Of a stretch of DNA of 64,000 nucleotides, positions 1 to 13,884 are shown piece by piece. This DNA is from Diadema antillarum (lineage: Eukaryota). The DNA lies in the NCBI RefSeq assembly GCF_040938485.1, contig NW_027271045.1, positions 372,001 to 436,000 of the forward strand, read 5' to 3'. Made by a program: the position numbers and the translations under genes. The notes beneath the pieces are model-generated. The model worked only from the letters and a program-made list of their open reading frames with translations, was not told where the DNA came from and did not search any database. The first letter of the stretch is position 1. Each line of letters starts with the position of its first letter.

Positions 1-79
1 TCTAAAGTTGAATTTGAGTGGGTAAAAAACACATCTCGCTAAAATTGGTGTAAATAGATGAGAACTACATAGGCTTCGC

Positions 80-157
80 GCGGATATATCCGCACAACTT
101 ACTTAGTCTCCATTGGCTTACGTGCTAAAAGTCTATTATGTCCACGGTTGTGATTGG
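80..157 (+). promoter_or_regulatory. Candidate proximal promoter of the BEN gene
   Basis: Two reverse CCAAT boxes (ATTGG at 112-116 and 153-157) and a perfect 14-bp palindrome GCGGATATATCCGC (80-93), in a CpG-containing stretch just upstream of ATG 229. Confidence 0.35.
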
Positions 158-228
158 ACCTCCCTTTAATGTCCCAGAAAGAAAGTATCATCTTCTTCCT
201 CTGGTAGTAATCAGAAGAATTTACTAAA

Positions 229-418
229 ATGAAGAAATATGCTCTTGTTGAGTGGACGAATGAGGCTGACGCAGGCTCATATAGCGTGGTGAAGAGCGAG
301 TGGATTCTTGGTTATACACCGGAAATGTATCTCATCGAGTGGAGAGAAGGCCAGGGTAGGAAAAAACCTCCGCCCGGTGGATGGCCTATGGGAGAGGCGA
401 AAATTCTGCAAACGAGCG
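229..418 (+). CDS. BEN-domain protein, exon 1 of 8 (Trp/Tyr-rich N-terminal module)
   Basis: ATG 229, MKKYALVEWTNEADAGSYSVVKSEWILG...GGWPMGEAKILQTS; donor GTGAGA at 419, phase 1, joins exon 2 as G|AC (Asp). Confidence 0.8.
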
Positions 419-3400
419 GTGAGAGATAGCTCCTTTAGGGCCTGATTTACACTTCCCTACTCTATCCTGATAACAAAAGACCAGTGTGGTATGTACTACA
501 TTTATCTGGTAGAGTACACTTCACATCTGGTGCTCTTAGTATCTTTGTAGAAAATTTGGGAGCTCTTTTAGTTTCAGAATGCACGGCAAAGAAACATATG
601 TTCCATCCGTTGACTGAAATCAGCACGTGTGTTGTCAATGTTTGTATGCGTAGTAAGTCTATGCTTGTTGTGCGCGATAACCGCACGGTGAATGAATGCA
701 TGTAATTATCAGTCTGACCTTACCTTCTCTTCGCTCAATTTTGTTGGGAGCCACACGATTGGTCTGGACTCTAGAGCTCTATGTGCTGTTCCCGAAATGT
801 GTCATTTCGTCTTCAACGGAGGGTTAACTCACCCATAAACAGAGAAGTTACATAATGTATTGGGCATGCCATGTACTGGAAATAACAATATGAATTCACT
901 TGTAGAAAATTAGACTTACAGTTGTAGGTATCATTACAGTTCTTAGACCCAACATTAAGTTTTCCACTCTGCAGCTCTAGCTGCATGCTCAGGATTATTC
1001 AGGTCTCTTAATTGTGTCTAGTGAGATGGATTGTAATGTTTAGGCTCTAACAACATATGAAGTTGAAATAGATGGGCCTACAATTGTAGATCTCTTTGTA
1101 CTATCAGATTTGGAAGGGGATGTTTGCTGTGTGGGAGTGCAGCGAGACCACAGACACTGAATTGGATGAGGAGGAGGGCCATACATACGGTACATCTTAC
1201 ATGTATAGGCCTACCACAGGTACCTCAACTTGCAGGCAAACAATTCAGGCTATAGAAGTAGAAGTACTTGTAGAAATAGGACCTGGTCCACCCTTGGTCC
1301 ACCTAGGTCCTGGCAAGTACTACCTTGTACACCAGAATATCATTATGCAAAATGAGAGTTGTAATCAAAAGATTTGCCCTTGCAGTGTACAAATTTTGGA
1401 TTGTACCGGTGTTGCATGATTATGATAGAGGCATATCTACTGCATAGAGGTGGATGCATTTTTGTTTACTGCAGTAGCATGATGCCATGATGAAAAGATT
1501 TTCAGGCATGTGGTTTACATCTCATTTGGGTCAAGAGATCTTTGTTTACATTTCCTGTTACAGTTATTGTTATGAGCCTACACAACTAGAAAAATCTTTT
1601 GTTTGATGCAACAGTTTATTAAACTTAATTGCATGAGTACCGTACCTATTGATAGTACTATAAACCAGTCAAAGTCTAGCTCTAGTGTAGTAGTGTACCT
1701 CCAAAGCACAACGTACATGTCTTCAGACAGTTAACAGCGGAAAGAAATTATCAATGTTACAAGACAGATATAAAGTTCTATTATACCTCCTTAAATCTAG
1801 ACTAGTGTAGCATCTTGTTTTATAGGTTTATTTTGTAGGTTGCACAGAAACTGTAGAATAAATGTGGTACCGGTAATGTTTCTGTATTGTTGAAACAAAC
1901 TTGTTAGCAAATTACATCTTGTGTTAATGTTAATACTGCATTACTTCTGTATGGATAAATCTTACTACATGTGATTATAACTTAAGCAGTGTGCACAGGG
2001 AACTCTGTACATTAACATAAGTTGGTAAAAGGTAGGCCTACATTTTTATTATTATTATTATTATTTTTTAGGGGGGGGGGGTGTCTTTTGACTGATGCAA
2101 GATGCACGCTTCATGGGATGGTTAAATGTGAATTATTTGGAACATGTGATCTTTACGCTACTTGTCAGGTTTTGAGTGTTTTTGAGTTCACTAACTAGTG
2201 CATATTTTAGGGAGGCCTACAATGTGCAATGTACGTATATCTCGGTATGTACAACTGTACACTGTAGGTCTAGATATGAATTATGTGTAGATCTATACTT
2301 TCTTTCAAAGTATGGGTGCTTGGATTACGTGCACGTATAGTAATTCATTATACCGGTACAATCATATTGAGTGGGTTTACTAGTACTTCTAAATGCACTG
2401 TATCAAGTATTACCTTTGGAAATGGTGTAATTATTATTTGCTATGTGGTATTAAGATCAAATAAGATGTGCTTGAAAATCAGAGCACACAGTATAATGGC
2501 TGCTAAGCATATATAATGAATCGATTTGCCAAATTCCAGACTTGCATGATTTGGTTCTAGACACACAAGTGACATCAATGTTTACATGTAGGGCCTACAT
2601 GTACTCCATAATGACTATTATGTACAACATTGCATGTTTGTAGCTCACAGTGCACAATATGTTTGACAGGCATAATTACAATGTACAAGTGTACAGTACT
2701 GTATATCTCTGGTGGGATTAAGCCTTGGATTTCATGTTTCATTGTTATTGTCACTGGTAGTTACAATTTTTGTAATTACAAGATAGTTTCAATACCATTT
2801 TGTGCTTTTAGATTTGAGTAATTACAATAGCCGTGGTTAAATGGGAGCATTTATATATATATTTTTTCTCCCAAAACATAATTAACCAGGATAATTGGTG
2901 TGAACTACAAATACAGTTGTAATATCTTGTCATGGCTAAATGGACATCGTATGTTAAAGGAAGCTTTGTCCATTGAACAGCTGACATCTGAAATTCATCA
3001 TGTATATATTTTTTTAAATGCAATAACTGTCATTTAGTAGAAGGCTGGTGTGATATCTGAGAAGGCTGAAATACTTTGCTGTACAACTTGTTATATGTTT
3101 GAATTTATTGGAGGTAGTTTTGTACATACTTGTATTTTACATACATGTCCTAAAAAGTTGTCTCTAAGAGACTGTGATGTACTGTCAAATTATACTGGGT
3201 CTGCATGGTTCAAATTAGCACATTGTACCTGGTATTTTTGGCTTAGCAGTGCTGTGCACAGCATATGACTTTACAACCAGGAGAATTGTAAGCAGTGGAG
3301 ACAGTATTAATTGGTGCAGTGTATCACTGTACAATTTGTGTGTACAGTTGTAACTTTGATCTACATGATATTGTACATATAGCAACTTTATACCGGCCTT

Positions 3401-6400
3401 TTGAACCTACATATTTGTAGCTTGCTTTGAGTCTTCATTGTAGTTGGTTACCACAGAGTTTGAATAACATATATCGTCTAGACCTGTAAATGAGAACTTA
3501 ATGGCTTTGTGGGTCTTCCATCATCTGGATCTAATTAGAAACAAATGAATATCTTTTTAAATATGATACAGGTATACCTGCATGCACTGTACTAGAACGT
3601 TAGCACAAGATCCCTTATTTTTAGCCAATTTGAATTTAATACAAACGGATGTATCTTTTCCCTTGTAATTTAAGCGGGTGAACATTTTAATGTACAATGT
3701 TGAGATAGTATCGGGCCTACCAATTCAGATGAGAACACTGAATTGTATAAAAAATAGACCTATTTTAGCATAGAACGTATTATGTGAAGAAATTTACAAT
3801 TTGCATACTCATAATTCCTTACTGTGCAGAAATACGTGCAGCCAATATACACACACAACACACCTTCCAAAACTATACAATTTTGTATGTATGACTCTCA
3901 TATGCCATATGCTTTACATCTACATTGGATAAATTTGAAGTAGACATTCATGGGATGTATGTACTGTATTCTTGATGGTTAGAAGCACTCAGCAGGGAGG
4001 TGGGAAGAAAAGTAAGCTACAGTCTGTGAAGCAGGATGTACTAATGTGCAGGGGCAATAGTTACCTGCGAGGGTAAATTGTTTGTGGCACAAACACACTA
4101 CACTGTACATGATTATGCCTGGACAGTTTTAAATGCATATCCTCCACAGCTGTAGTTTATTACAACTTAATTGTACATGTACCTTCAAAGAATGTGAATA
4201 CTGGAATTGATCAAAAGGAGCACTGCTTATGTCCAGGTGTGAATACCATACATAGACTGGCCATGGAGAGAGTCAGGCCCCGAGGAACTCGGAAAGAATG
4301 TTTTGACAAAAGGACATAGCAATAGGATTCTTGCATAATTCTGCACTGTACCTGTGCCAAGCATATGGATCTCCTTATTGTTCAATGTGCAGGTAGCGTC
4401 AAAATATTGTTGTGTATAATCTGCTGGACTTGGTGCACAGTGAATGGCTTCTATTTTCTTCTCTAGCTCTCTCTCTCTCTTTTGCTGATACACATGCCAG
4501 AAATATATGTCTGCCAGCTAGGCGGGACATATGAATGCATATTATCATATGCACTCTCCACACAGAAAAGAGATTGAGTGAGTCAACAATGTAGAAGCAG
4601 AGGCAGGTCTGTTTTCTACCCCCTCCCCTCCCCTTGCTGTCTACACCATGCGTGGCTTGTGGTATTGTGAGTAGAGCAAGAGATCATATACACATGAGCA
4701 TGTCACTGTGCTCTTGTGGCTTGCTCATGTTTTTTTTGTGGCTCTACTTTTGTATATTGCATCCAATATAGTTCATCAGTGATATAGACTATCATCTCCC
4801 CAGGCAATAACAAATTGCATGCTGTAAGGACATTTGCAGAGAATATGGATGCTATCGACCTGTCTATGAAGAGAGGTAATTTTGTTTTAAGTAATCAAGA
4901 ACAGGATTAGCTAGATCACCTGATTCATTGTTGGCTCTCATGCTTCCGTACATTGTGTGTTCTTATATTGTTATGCCAAAAGTTGCAGTACATGTTTACT
5001 TCCATTGTGCCTCAGTGTTGATGGACATCGTTCGGCTGATGCAGGGTACATTTCTTGGAAGGTGCCGTGCGCATTGCATACAGTACTTGTTATGTGTGCT
5101 GCATTATATGTTTTCAGCATATATTGTAAATACATTGTAGTACAGTATTCCTTTGTTTTGCATGTCATAGCTTCATGTTTTCTGCCATTTCTAGGCTTGT
5201 GATTTTCATGTGAGTGTGTTGTTACATGTTCCAGGAAACATACATGTTCTGGCTGCTTCCTGTATACATGCATGCCTGTCAGAGCCCAGGTTTTGGGTCC
5301 AGTTGTTTCTTTTTTTCTCTGTGTTTGACTACATGGCCTCATACTTTGCCACATGAATGCATGGGTCTGTTTCCTTTCAGTGCATACATGATAATACAAA
5401 ATTGTATGTGAAATATGAATTACTGATGCAGTGAATGAATGCATTGTGCACAGTGATTTGATAATCTAAGCTCACAGTGTACGTCAGTATACAGTACAAG
5501 TGAACAGCGTGATTGATAGGACTCTGTATCCATGCACTCTTCTGTGATTATTGGTCAGAGAAACCCTGCTTATATAGTCTTGTCTGATTACAAGCATACA
5601 AGTGGAATGAGTATATATAAAATAGCAATCCAAGGTAACCAAAAGGACTAAGCATTATAACTCCTCTTTGATTGCTTTTCCCTTTATCCATTTTCTGTTC
5701 TTTTCTTCCACTATCTCTCCTTTCTCCTATCTTTTTCTTTCTGTACCTCTCTTGTCTTTTGTTTTTCCTTTTTCATCTTTTCTTTTGTCCATGATGGTTG
5801 ATAGGTCCTGTTTCCTCCTTGTTTGCTATCTTCATATCTACTCTGTTTTCATAGATCTGTTTTTCTTGTGATATCTCCTGCTTCTTCCCTTCTCTTTCTG
5901 TTGTTTTCTCTTCCCGTTCTTTACCCCCCCCCCATTTCTCAGTCTCTATCTGGTTGTCATACAAAATATTTTTCTACTGAAAGAGAGCAGATCCCATCAA
6001 GTTTTGTTCTTCCTCACAGGTTTCTGGTTTGCATGTACACTATGTACAGTATATATATGTACAGTTTGATACTGACTTCATTTCAGACAATTTGTCTGTA
6101 TTCGTATATAGTATAGTTTTGTTTTGTTTCAAGTATTCTATGTTTGACAGTTCTGTAAGTTGCTTGCTCCCAGATCTTTCTGTTCCCATTGTTTTTAATA
6201 ACTGGAGAGACCAACTTAATGAGCATCGCTATTTTAATTTTTTTTTTCCTGCCTTGAAATTGCTGTTTTTTTTTGTTTGATTAACTTTTCCCTCCTTTCA
6301 CCAACATTGTTCATGAGACACATAACATTTCTTCTGCAGATTGTTTGATTGTGTGTGGCTATAGAGAAGAATACTACTTAATGTCATTTTAGCCACACTT

Positions 6401-7439
6401 TTAGCATGGATGTTATTTAAGTCACATATTGTATACTGTATATAAGCAGGGGAGTTTGCTAAACCAAGTGAAAAAAAATTATCTTTCCAAATTTCTTCAC
6501 TTGATGAAGAAGACAGTCAGAATTGCATTTCACTTCTAACCCACCAAATCATTGGGAAATTTCATGGCAGAAATGATTGTCTTTTCCTTGTATTAAAGTT
6601 TATCCCCTCTCCTTTTTAACTTGGTTTGTCAAGTATTTAAGATACATGCTTTTGGATAGGCTGAAACTAAAAAAGATATCATAATTTTTTTTTTTTCTAC
6701 ACAAAGAACAAGAAATTGTTGTGAAATGAAAACTACTTTTTTTCCCCAAACTTCATTTAACATACAAAGTAAATTTTCCCTTCTGAGCATGTGATTTTCA
6801 CTGTGCATTGGTGTTTTTTTAATAATCATTGTGTTCTTTTAAAGGTTGACAATGCTGTAATTACAACATAGAGTACTGAAGTACAGATGTCATAGCCATT
6901 CATCGCTGTGGAAACTGATTCTAGACAACCTCACATAGCCTGAAATATGTATGAACAGAATGGTTGCCAACCATGCTTGTCAATCCTGCTTCCAGTGCAC
7001 TGCCAGAAGCCTTGTGCAAGGATGACTTGTTTGAAACCAGTACTAAACTGTAATGTAAAAGTGGAAATTTTCGCAGCACTTGTTGAAATTTTCGGACATT
7101 TCAAATAACCAGAAACTAGCATGAAAATAAATCACGTGAATATTTGTGCTTGCCATATGTTGCAGTAGTGGATCTACATGTATGTATTGATTCCACAAAA
7201 TTACAAAACATGCAAAATTCATCTTACCTGGCCGAGTGCGAAATTATATACACTTTTACGGTAACAAAAGACTGTGACATCATCACATCAGTACTCATTG
7301 CCAACTACAGGACCAATGAAAGTTTACCCATCATATTCTGCCTACCGGTAACTCACTTTTCCCTCTGCATCCTTCTGCCCCGCCCTAATACATCCATCTG
7401 CCCCGCCCTACTGCATCCATGTGCCCCGCCCTCCTGCAG

Positions 7440-7606
7440 ACAAGGAGGTGGAGTTAAAGAGACAGCTCCACACGATGACCTCCGTGAAAGAGCAGAGCAA
7501 CCTCGTCGTGACGGGGAAGCGCAAGAGGATCCCAAAGAAACGCCTCTATGAGAGCGACGACGAGACCGACACGGACGCCTGCCGGTCATCCAGTGGGGAT
7601 GAAAAG
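7440..7606 (+). CDS. BEN-domain protein, exon 2 (basic NLS-like KRKRIPKKR)
   Basis: Acceptor CTGCAG ending 7439; DKEVELKRQLHTMTSVKEQSNLVVTGKRKRIPKKRLYESDDE; donor GTCAGG at 7607, phase 0. Confidence 0.85.
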
Positions 7607-7905
7607 GTCAGGAAATGACTTTTTTCTTTGGTGACACTGTTAAGACGATGATGATTGAAAATTGGCGGTGATTATTGCTATTATCATTCCACATTTATAT
7701 CATTATCATCGTCATTGTTTCATTTATTGTTTTATCATCATCATCATCATCTGCTTATTATCATTCATTCAGCCAATAGCAAAGCTACAATTGTTGCTGC
7801 GAACAGCACCAAATGCAGCCTTTAAGGAAGGGAAAAGGAGAAATACAAGTTACAGATGAATCAGGGTGCAGAAGCAAAATTTCGTTGTCATATGGTAGTC
7901 TTTAA

Positions 7906-7990
7906 CCCATTGAGGACAGGCTGATTTTGCTACAACATGCATCTCCTATAGACACCTGCCCGAGTATACTCGGGGCTCGTCCTCGACGGG
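7906..7990. mobile_element. 85-bp TTAA-flanked MITE (piggyBac-like ends)
   Basis: TTAA-CCCATTGAGGAC ... GTCCTCGACGGG-TTAA; related to 24328-24453 and 55176-55260. Confidence 0.8.
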
Positions 7991-8075
7991 TTAAGGGCCA
8001 CCACTGCTCGCTACATGATCACTTCCAACTTCAGAACTCTGACACAGAGATCTCTTCCCACCTCCCTGGACACAG

Positions 8076-8235
8076 CAAGGCTTGACAATAACTTTTACTT
8101 GTGGTGGCCCGACAATGAAATTTGATGCCGTGATTGAGCCACCAAAACATGTCTTTTATGAAAAAATGGTGGCCCGACATCAATTTCTCGCTGCCCAGGG
8201 CAACTGCAATGGGCCACCACTTATATTGAGCCTTG
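8076..8235. mobile_element. hAT-like MITE
   Basis: Termini CAAGGCTTGACAATAA ... TTATATTGAGCCTTG with internal GGTGGCCC repeats; no clean TSD seen. Confidence 0.5.
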
Positions 8236-8417
8236 CACAGTTGTAGTCATTGTGTGTCACAATCCAGAGCAGCACAATTTGAATATTGTGGACAGATCAG
8301 ATCTAGTGTATACCACACTTAAGGATGCATCTGTGATGATTTAAGCACAATGTCAACAATAAGAACCAATCCCAGATAAATATGTTTCTTATTCATTCAC
8401 TCTTTGTATTCTTGCAG

Positions 8418-8634
8418 AAACGTCTCAAGGGGAGGAATGCCAGGATGGGATTGGAGAACTCGTCGCCACCGACCCCAAGGAGGGGTGGGATGAAGAAGTC
8501 CCTCCAAGCACAGAACGCGACCTCGTCTTGCCCCGAGCAGGACCAGGACCAGGACCAGGACCAAGAGGAACTGGGCAAGATCAGTTCAGCACAGAACGCC
8601 TACCAAGAGATGTCTTCAGAGAGAGAAGTGGAAG
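8418..8634 (+). CDS. BEN-domain protein, exon 3 (low complexity, QD repeat)
   Basis: Acceptor TTGCAG ending 8417; KRLKGRNARMGLENSSPPTPRR...QDQDQDQDQEE; donor GTAATC at 8635, phase 1. Confidence 0.85.
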
Positions 8635-9814
8635 GTAATCGTAACAAGCATTCATTTGTATCAAGATAACAATCAGTAGGTATGGGTTCTTTGCCACCAC
8701 TTTGTGATGCTCGGAATTCTCCAAAACGTACATTGTACAGTCAACCTTGCGCAAGTCAAATTCAAAGGGAGTGAAGAAAACGCTTTGACTTTCATGGCTA
8801 CGCCAAGATCTCAGCCTTGGATCGTGCGATTGCCTCAAACGAGGGTAGATGAAATAATCTACAAAGCTGTATGGCTGAATTTACGAAAGTCCTTTTCTTT
8901 TATTTCATATGAATTCATTTATGCTAATTTATGCGAGAAATCATAGCTTCGCTTATTTCCCACTGAATATTAAGCTTTAGGATTAACAATTTTTTTGGTA
9001 CAAATGTCCTAACTTATCAAATCCTCAAAGAATATAATAGGTTGTGATTTTTATTTCTTATGTTTTTTATTGCTTTCCATTTTTAATGTTTTTCCTTTTT
9101 TTCATCCTTTTTGGCTGTGTGTGGGTGTGTATGTAAAAGTAGGTGTGTGTGCGTGTGTTGTGAGAGAGAGAGTGTGTGTGTGTGGTGTTTTTAAAAGTTA
9201 TGATAGTTTCTAGAAAGTGTTCCATAATTTGGAAATGTTTCTGATTTTGTCCATAGGTTTATAAACTGTACACCTACTTGTATGTATAGAAATAGTGAAA
9301 TTTCAGCGACGTGTTCGGTCAATGTAATCTAACAACCATACTGCAGGTCCAGTTGCCATAAATTTGGTATCAAAATGTATGGGAAGGATCACAGAAAAAA
9401 GTCATGGAATTTCATTTTGAAATATTTAGGCATTACGAAGCACCAAAAATTAGGGGGGGGGGTATTATGGTTAAAACACACACATATCAAACACCATTAA
9501 ATGTGCACATATAGGTATACAGGTTATATGTGATAGAATATGTTGCTTTTATGGTGACAAACTAAAGGGCATAGCTAGTGCTTGGTTCAAACCCTCACCT
9601 TTCCTAATGAAAGAACAGTGCAGAGTCTAGATACTAGACCTCAATACGTCTTCATTGTATCCTGTGGCCAATTGGGAGAGTGAAAATGGATGTTCAAATT
9701 GATGAAATTTATCGCAACTGATTGACAAATTGCTCTGCATCGACATACATGTTGTTGTTAATTTGCTGCTTCTTTACGTCAATGTACAACAATGTAGGGC
9801 AACTTGTCAATCAG

Positions 9815-10069
9815 TTGCAATGAACAAGGACGTGTTCTTTCCTTCCGATGTAGAATCAACCGATGACATCATGGAAGATGGGCGTGGCAACCTGCTGGAG
9901 AACATGATGGATGATGGGGCAGGGATGGAGGAGGAGGAGGAGGAGGAAGAAGAGGAGAGTGAGACCGATTACCCTCCGGAGTACGAGCTGTCTGAGCTGG
10001 AGAAGTTGCGCATGGAGGTCCGAGGTTTGCGTGATGAGATCATGCTGTTGAGACACCAAGTCTGCAAAG
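9815..10069 (+). CDS. BEN-domain protein, exon 4 (acidic tract and coiled coil)
   Basis: Phase-1 acceptor TCAG ending 9814; poly-Glu, then LSELEKLRMEVRGLRDEIMLLRHQV heptads; donor GTCAGA at 10070, phase 1. Confidence 0.8.
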
Positions 10070-10206
10070 GTCAGAGGTCAAAAATGCTTCAATGATTTGA
10101 AAGCTGCCCAGGCTTTCCAGTATTCCATGGCAGTTTGGTTGGTCTATGTAGTTATTTTGCGAATCCGGACTGCCCAACAACTTTGCAAATGAAAGCAAGA
10201 GAATAT

Positions 10207-10458
10207 ATCATTGCTGGGGTGACAAGACCTTGTATCTGCAATTTTGGTGAAAGTGACTTTTTTGGATTAATGGTGCAATTATGGTTTAAGTGATGTCCTG
10301 TCCAAATCCCAACTGTCTTACTCCAAAAATGAAGCCACCATGGCATGTCGAAGGAAAAGTTCTCCCGTTTGCCACAGTGCTTTGGCCGCCATGTTTTTTG
10401 GCTCTCCTGAACATTTGATATTTTGTAGATATATGAGGTCTTGTCGCCCCAGCAACGA
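10207..10458. mobile_element. MITE with ~30-bp inverted repeats
   Basis: ATCATTGCTGGGGTGACAAGACCTTGTATCT ... AGATATATGAGGTCTTGTCGCCCCAGCAACGAT; the core recurs at 24728-24938. Confidence 0.7.
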
Positions 10459-11804
10459 TTTGTTTTTTTTTGTATATGGATATTCGATTGCGATTGTGAT
10501 TTATTCAACACTTCCAGTAAAAACAGAGGAAAGATATAGAAAATTGATAACACGATACTACAACGGAGAAAAGAATGATCACAATAAGCTTCAGTATAAC
10601 ATTACAATTATACAATACATTTGAAAGTGTTCGGAGAGAGACAGAAAGGCTATGCCTTATGCAAAATATGAAAGTCTTGTCCCCATACTATTTCATTTGT
10701 AAAATATCAAAATATTGTTAATTTAAAACATTTCTTTGTGAATCAATACACACATACATACGTACACACATACACACGCACACTGACATATTTCATAAGA
10801 GTACAATTTATCATACAATTTCAGCATACTGATTTAAAACATGCAATCTTAATCAGAGGGGTGAAGGTTGAGGTGTGAATTTTCTTCGGTTTGTCTCCCT
10901 CGACAATCATCGTGTCACTGCCGGCAACCAGGGATAGTCTGGTGGTAGTGTCGCTGCCCTGAAAGCAGTAGATGACAGGTTTGAGTCTTGTGGTTCCTTT
11001 TTTCCGACATGTTTGTTAAATTATTACAGATCAGCAATTGTGATCTTACAAATTTCATTTCTCGAAGGAGACAAATTGATGAAAATTTACACCTCAATTT
11101 TGCAAATGTTTAAATTCGTGGTGGACGAATACAACTGTGGAGAGAGAAATATTCACATTCATGTCATAGTCATGATGATATCAGAGTTAATACTTTCGCA
11201 TTTTGTTAAATTTGCTAATAGCACCCTACTCGCAAATTTCACAAAAATAAAAACCTTTGCAAACTCTATGGCATATGTATATCCATGTCTTCTCAGCAGA
11301 GGTGCCGCGTAGTATGTTTTTGTTTTGAATTTCTTCACCCAGAACAAGAAAGTATGCTCTGGAAATTAAAGATAGGATTTTTTCTTTCTGAAAGATTTTG
11401 ATTTAGTTGATAAACTGTTAATGTGCAATTTGTCAATTTTCAACCAATATCAGACTTTTGGCGCACAAATGCTTTAATACCAACTTCAAGAGCGAAACAT
11501 TTCAAACATACTGTAGAATAATGTGCCCTTACTGAAGTAAGTATGCATGTTTGATGTACACTGACTCCATTTCAAACTGGCAGTGTGTGTATTCAGCCCT
11601 TGAAGTGAGTTTTGATGAACTGGATATGAAGGAAATATCAACATTTCATAAAGAGTCCAGCAAAGAATACTTGCAAGTCATATCTTCTGTATAATTACAG
11701 TTGAAATTGGGTAAATGTTGAATTTGTCAATTTTTTTTTTTTGAATGTGTGTGTAAGGATCATTTCTGTTATGAGTAGTTCCATTCTGTTCTTGCATAAA
11801 CCAG

Positions 11805-12010
11805 AGCTCCCAAAGGTCCATGCCATTGCCTTGAAAGCCCTTGGAGTTGGCATGCATGGCAATGGCAGCTACACCATAGAACCCCAGCCCACCGCCCCAG
11901 TGCCCGCGAGACCCGTTGCTCCTTCCAGTGGTCGGGGTCACCATAGGAGGGGCAGGAAGTCGGCAAACATTGTCAGACCCTCCAATGTGCTGAAGAAAGA
12001 GACCGAATTG
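11805..12010 (+). CDS. BEN-domain protein, exon 5
   Basis: Acceptor CCAG ending 11804 (phase 1); ELPKVHAIALKALG...NVLKKETEL; donor GTGAGA at 12011, phase 0. Confidence 0.8.
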
Positions 12011-12053
12011 GTGAGATGTGCCTCTTGATTGGTCCTACCAATTTGCATGAAAA

Positions 12054-12224
12054 GGGGTGTTTCATAAAGCTGTTCGTAAAATTATGAATGACTTAAGAAC
12101 GACTGGTGATGAGTTCTTGTGCTGAGTTATGGAAATTCTGATAAGTATAGCACATCAGAACTGATCACCAGTCATTCTTAGGTTGTTCGTAACTTTACGA
12201 ACAGCTTTATGAAACAGGGCCCAG
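12054..12224. mobile_element. Palindromic MITE (PIF/Harbinger-like)
   Basis: TGTTTCATAAAGCTGTTCGTAAA ... TTTACGAACAGCTTTATGAAACAGGGCCCAG inverted arms. Confidence 0.7.
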
Positions 12225-12929
12225 GTTACAAGCTCCTGGATAATACAACATTCTATGAGTATTTCTAGGTGAGTTATGGCTAGACTAAAGTTGGATGGCT
12301 TTTATGGGGTGATGTGTATTCACTATGTCTTTAAGAACAGATTGAATTGAGAATCATTGTCTGTTGATAGAATATGTTGATTGACGTTTCATGATAGTGT
12401 TTTTTTTTTCTTTGAGTGTGTGTCTTGACTTCTAGTAGATGTGTTCACTCCTGCCCTACCTTGAAAAGCAATGATATATTGATACCACAGCAAGAAGATG
12501 AAGCGGCATTATAAGCTGTGAACTTATTTCACAGTTACAACATTGCCAAGAAGAATATCGGTTTAAGAGCTCTGCAGCGTGTAATGATTGATCCTTTAAG
12601 ATAGGAGTTTTATTTTTGTTGTCCTTGGAATATACGTTGACGACGATGCTGAAAGTTTTTATCTGGTGGTTAATTCACAAACTTTTGTATGAGACTTCGT
12701 TGTATTTTTTCCCCTTTACCCTAAAAAAGATGGTGAATGACTGCGGCTTGTAATAATTATTTAAGTGTGAAGCAATGTCAAATTGTGTTGCAATGAGCAA
12801 AAGCTTTCATGATTCTTTATGGAGAATTTTCATTGTTATATTTCAAGATAAAGACTGAAAAAATCTTTTATCATAGCCTTTCATGCACATAAGTGCATAT
12901 ATTCTTTCTGTGTGTTTGTATGTGTACAG

Positions 12930-13046
12930 TTCAGGCAGAAAGTGAAGGCTGAGAATCAGTCCATGAACGGGGTGAAGGCAGCAAGGAATGAGAAGACCTC
13001 AGCATCCTCACCAGGCCGTAGGGCCCCGGGCCAGAAGCCAAGCCAG
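12930..13046 (+). CDS. BEN-domain protein, exon 6
   Basis: Acceptor TACAG ending 12929 (an in-frame alternative CAG ends at 12938); FRQKVKAENQSMNG...QKPSQ; donor GTAATG at 13047, phase 0. Confidence 0.75.
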
Positions 13047-13884
13047 GTAATGATGATAATGATGATAAAATCACAGCTAGTTCAGTTTCCGAAACCCTAA
13101 GGTTACAGGAGGCATGTTCAGATATTTTCACGAATGACGAGGTCACACACATTTTTGCTTGATGTAGTTTTGGTGATGTGACACCAAGGCTATCTTAAGT
13201 GTACTAAATGCATGTCCATTTGCGAAACTTTCGCATGTTGTAAATTTGTGGCTCAACGGTGATTTGTGAAATTCACGAAATCAAAACCTCACAAAAATGA
13301 CAGCTTCTACAAAACTTGTCTGCACACGTAATTGCTTGGCATTACGGGTGTTGATTGATAAGAATTGATTTTGTTTTATGTAACTACTAAAGGAAGCATG
13401 TAATGCTTCACAAGCATAAAACCAAGGGACCTGTCGCTTTAGAGTCCCTTCTAAAGGACGAGGTAGTAAAGGATAAAGTGCCTTGCCCAAGGGTTCATAC
13501 TGTTGCTGTTGCTAAGGGGATGTGAACCATGGCCATCACGATTGATTATCTGCGGTCTTATCTGCTGAGCTGCCACAGCTCTTTGGATGTGGATTTTGAT
13601 GATTTACAAGAATATGCCAATTTTCTAATCTATGTTTTATTTTATTACTTGCTTTTTTAAATTAAATTGTGACACCCAGAAAGCTTTTGGCTTTGTTGAA
13701 CATATAGCTACGATTGCACGTAAACTAGATGCCACGTATAGATTCTATTGAGTAAAAACAGTTCAGTCATTAAAGTGGTTCATGTCCACATCCTTGGGGA
13801 ATAGAATATTTTGTATTAAAATTTGAATTTGAATGCACTAGCAGATCAACCCATCACATGCTGTCCGCACTGCCCCTTCTGCAG

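Noticed and set aside
1096-1419. Additional coding exon in BEN intron 1 (also ORFs 4971-5444 and 7144-7439)
   Set aside because: No recognisable domain or compatible splice pair; exons 1 and 2 already join in phase.
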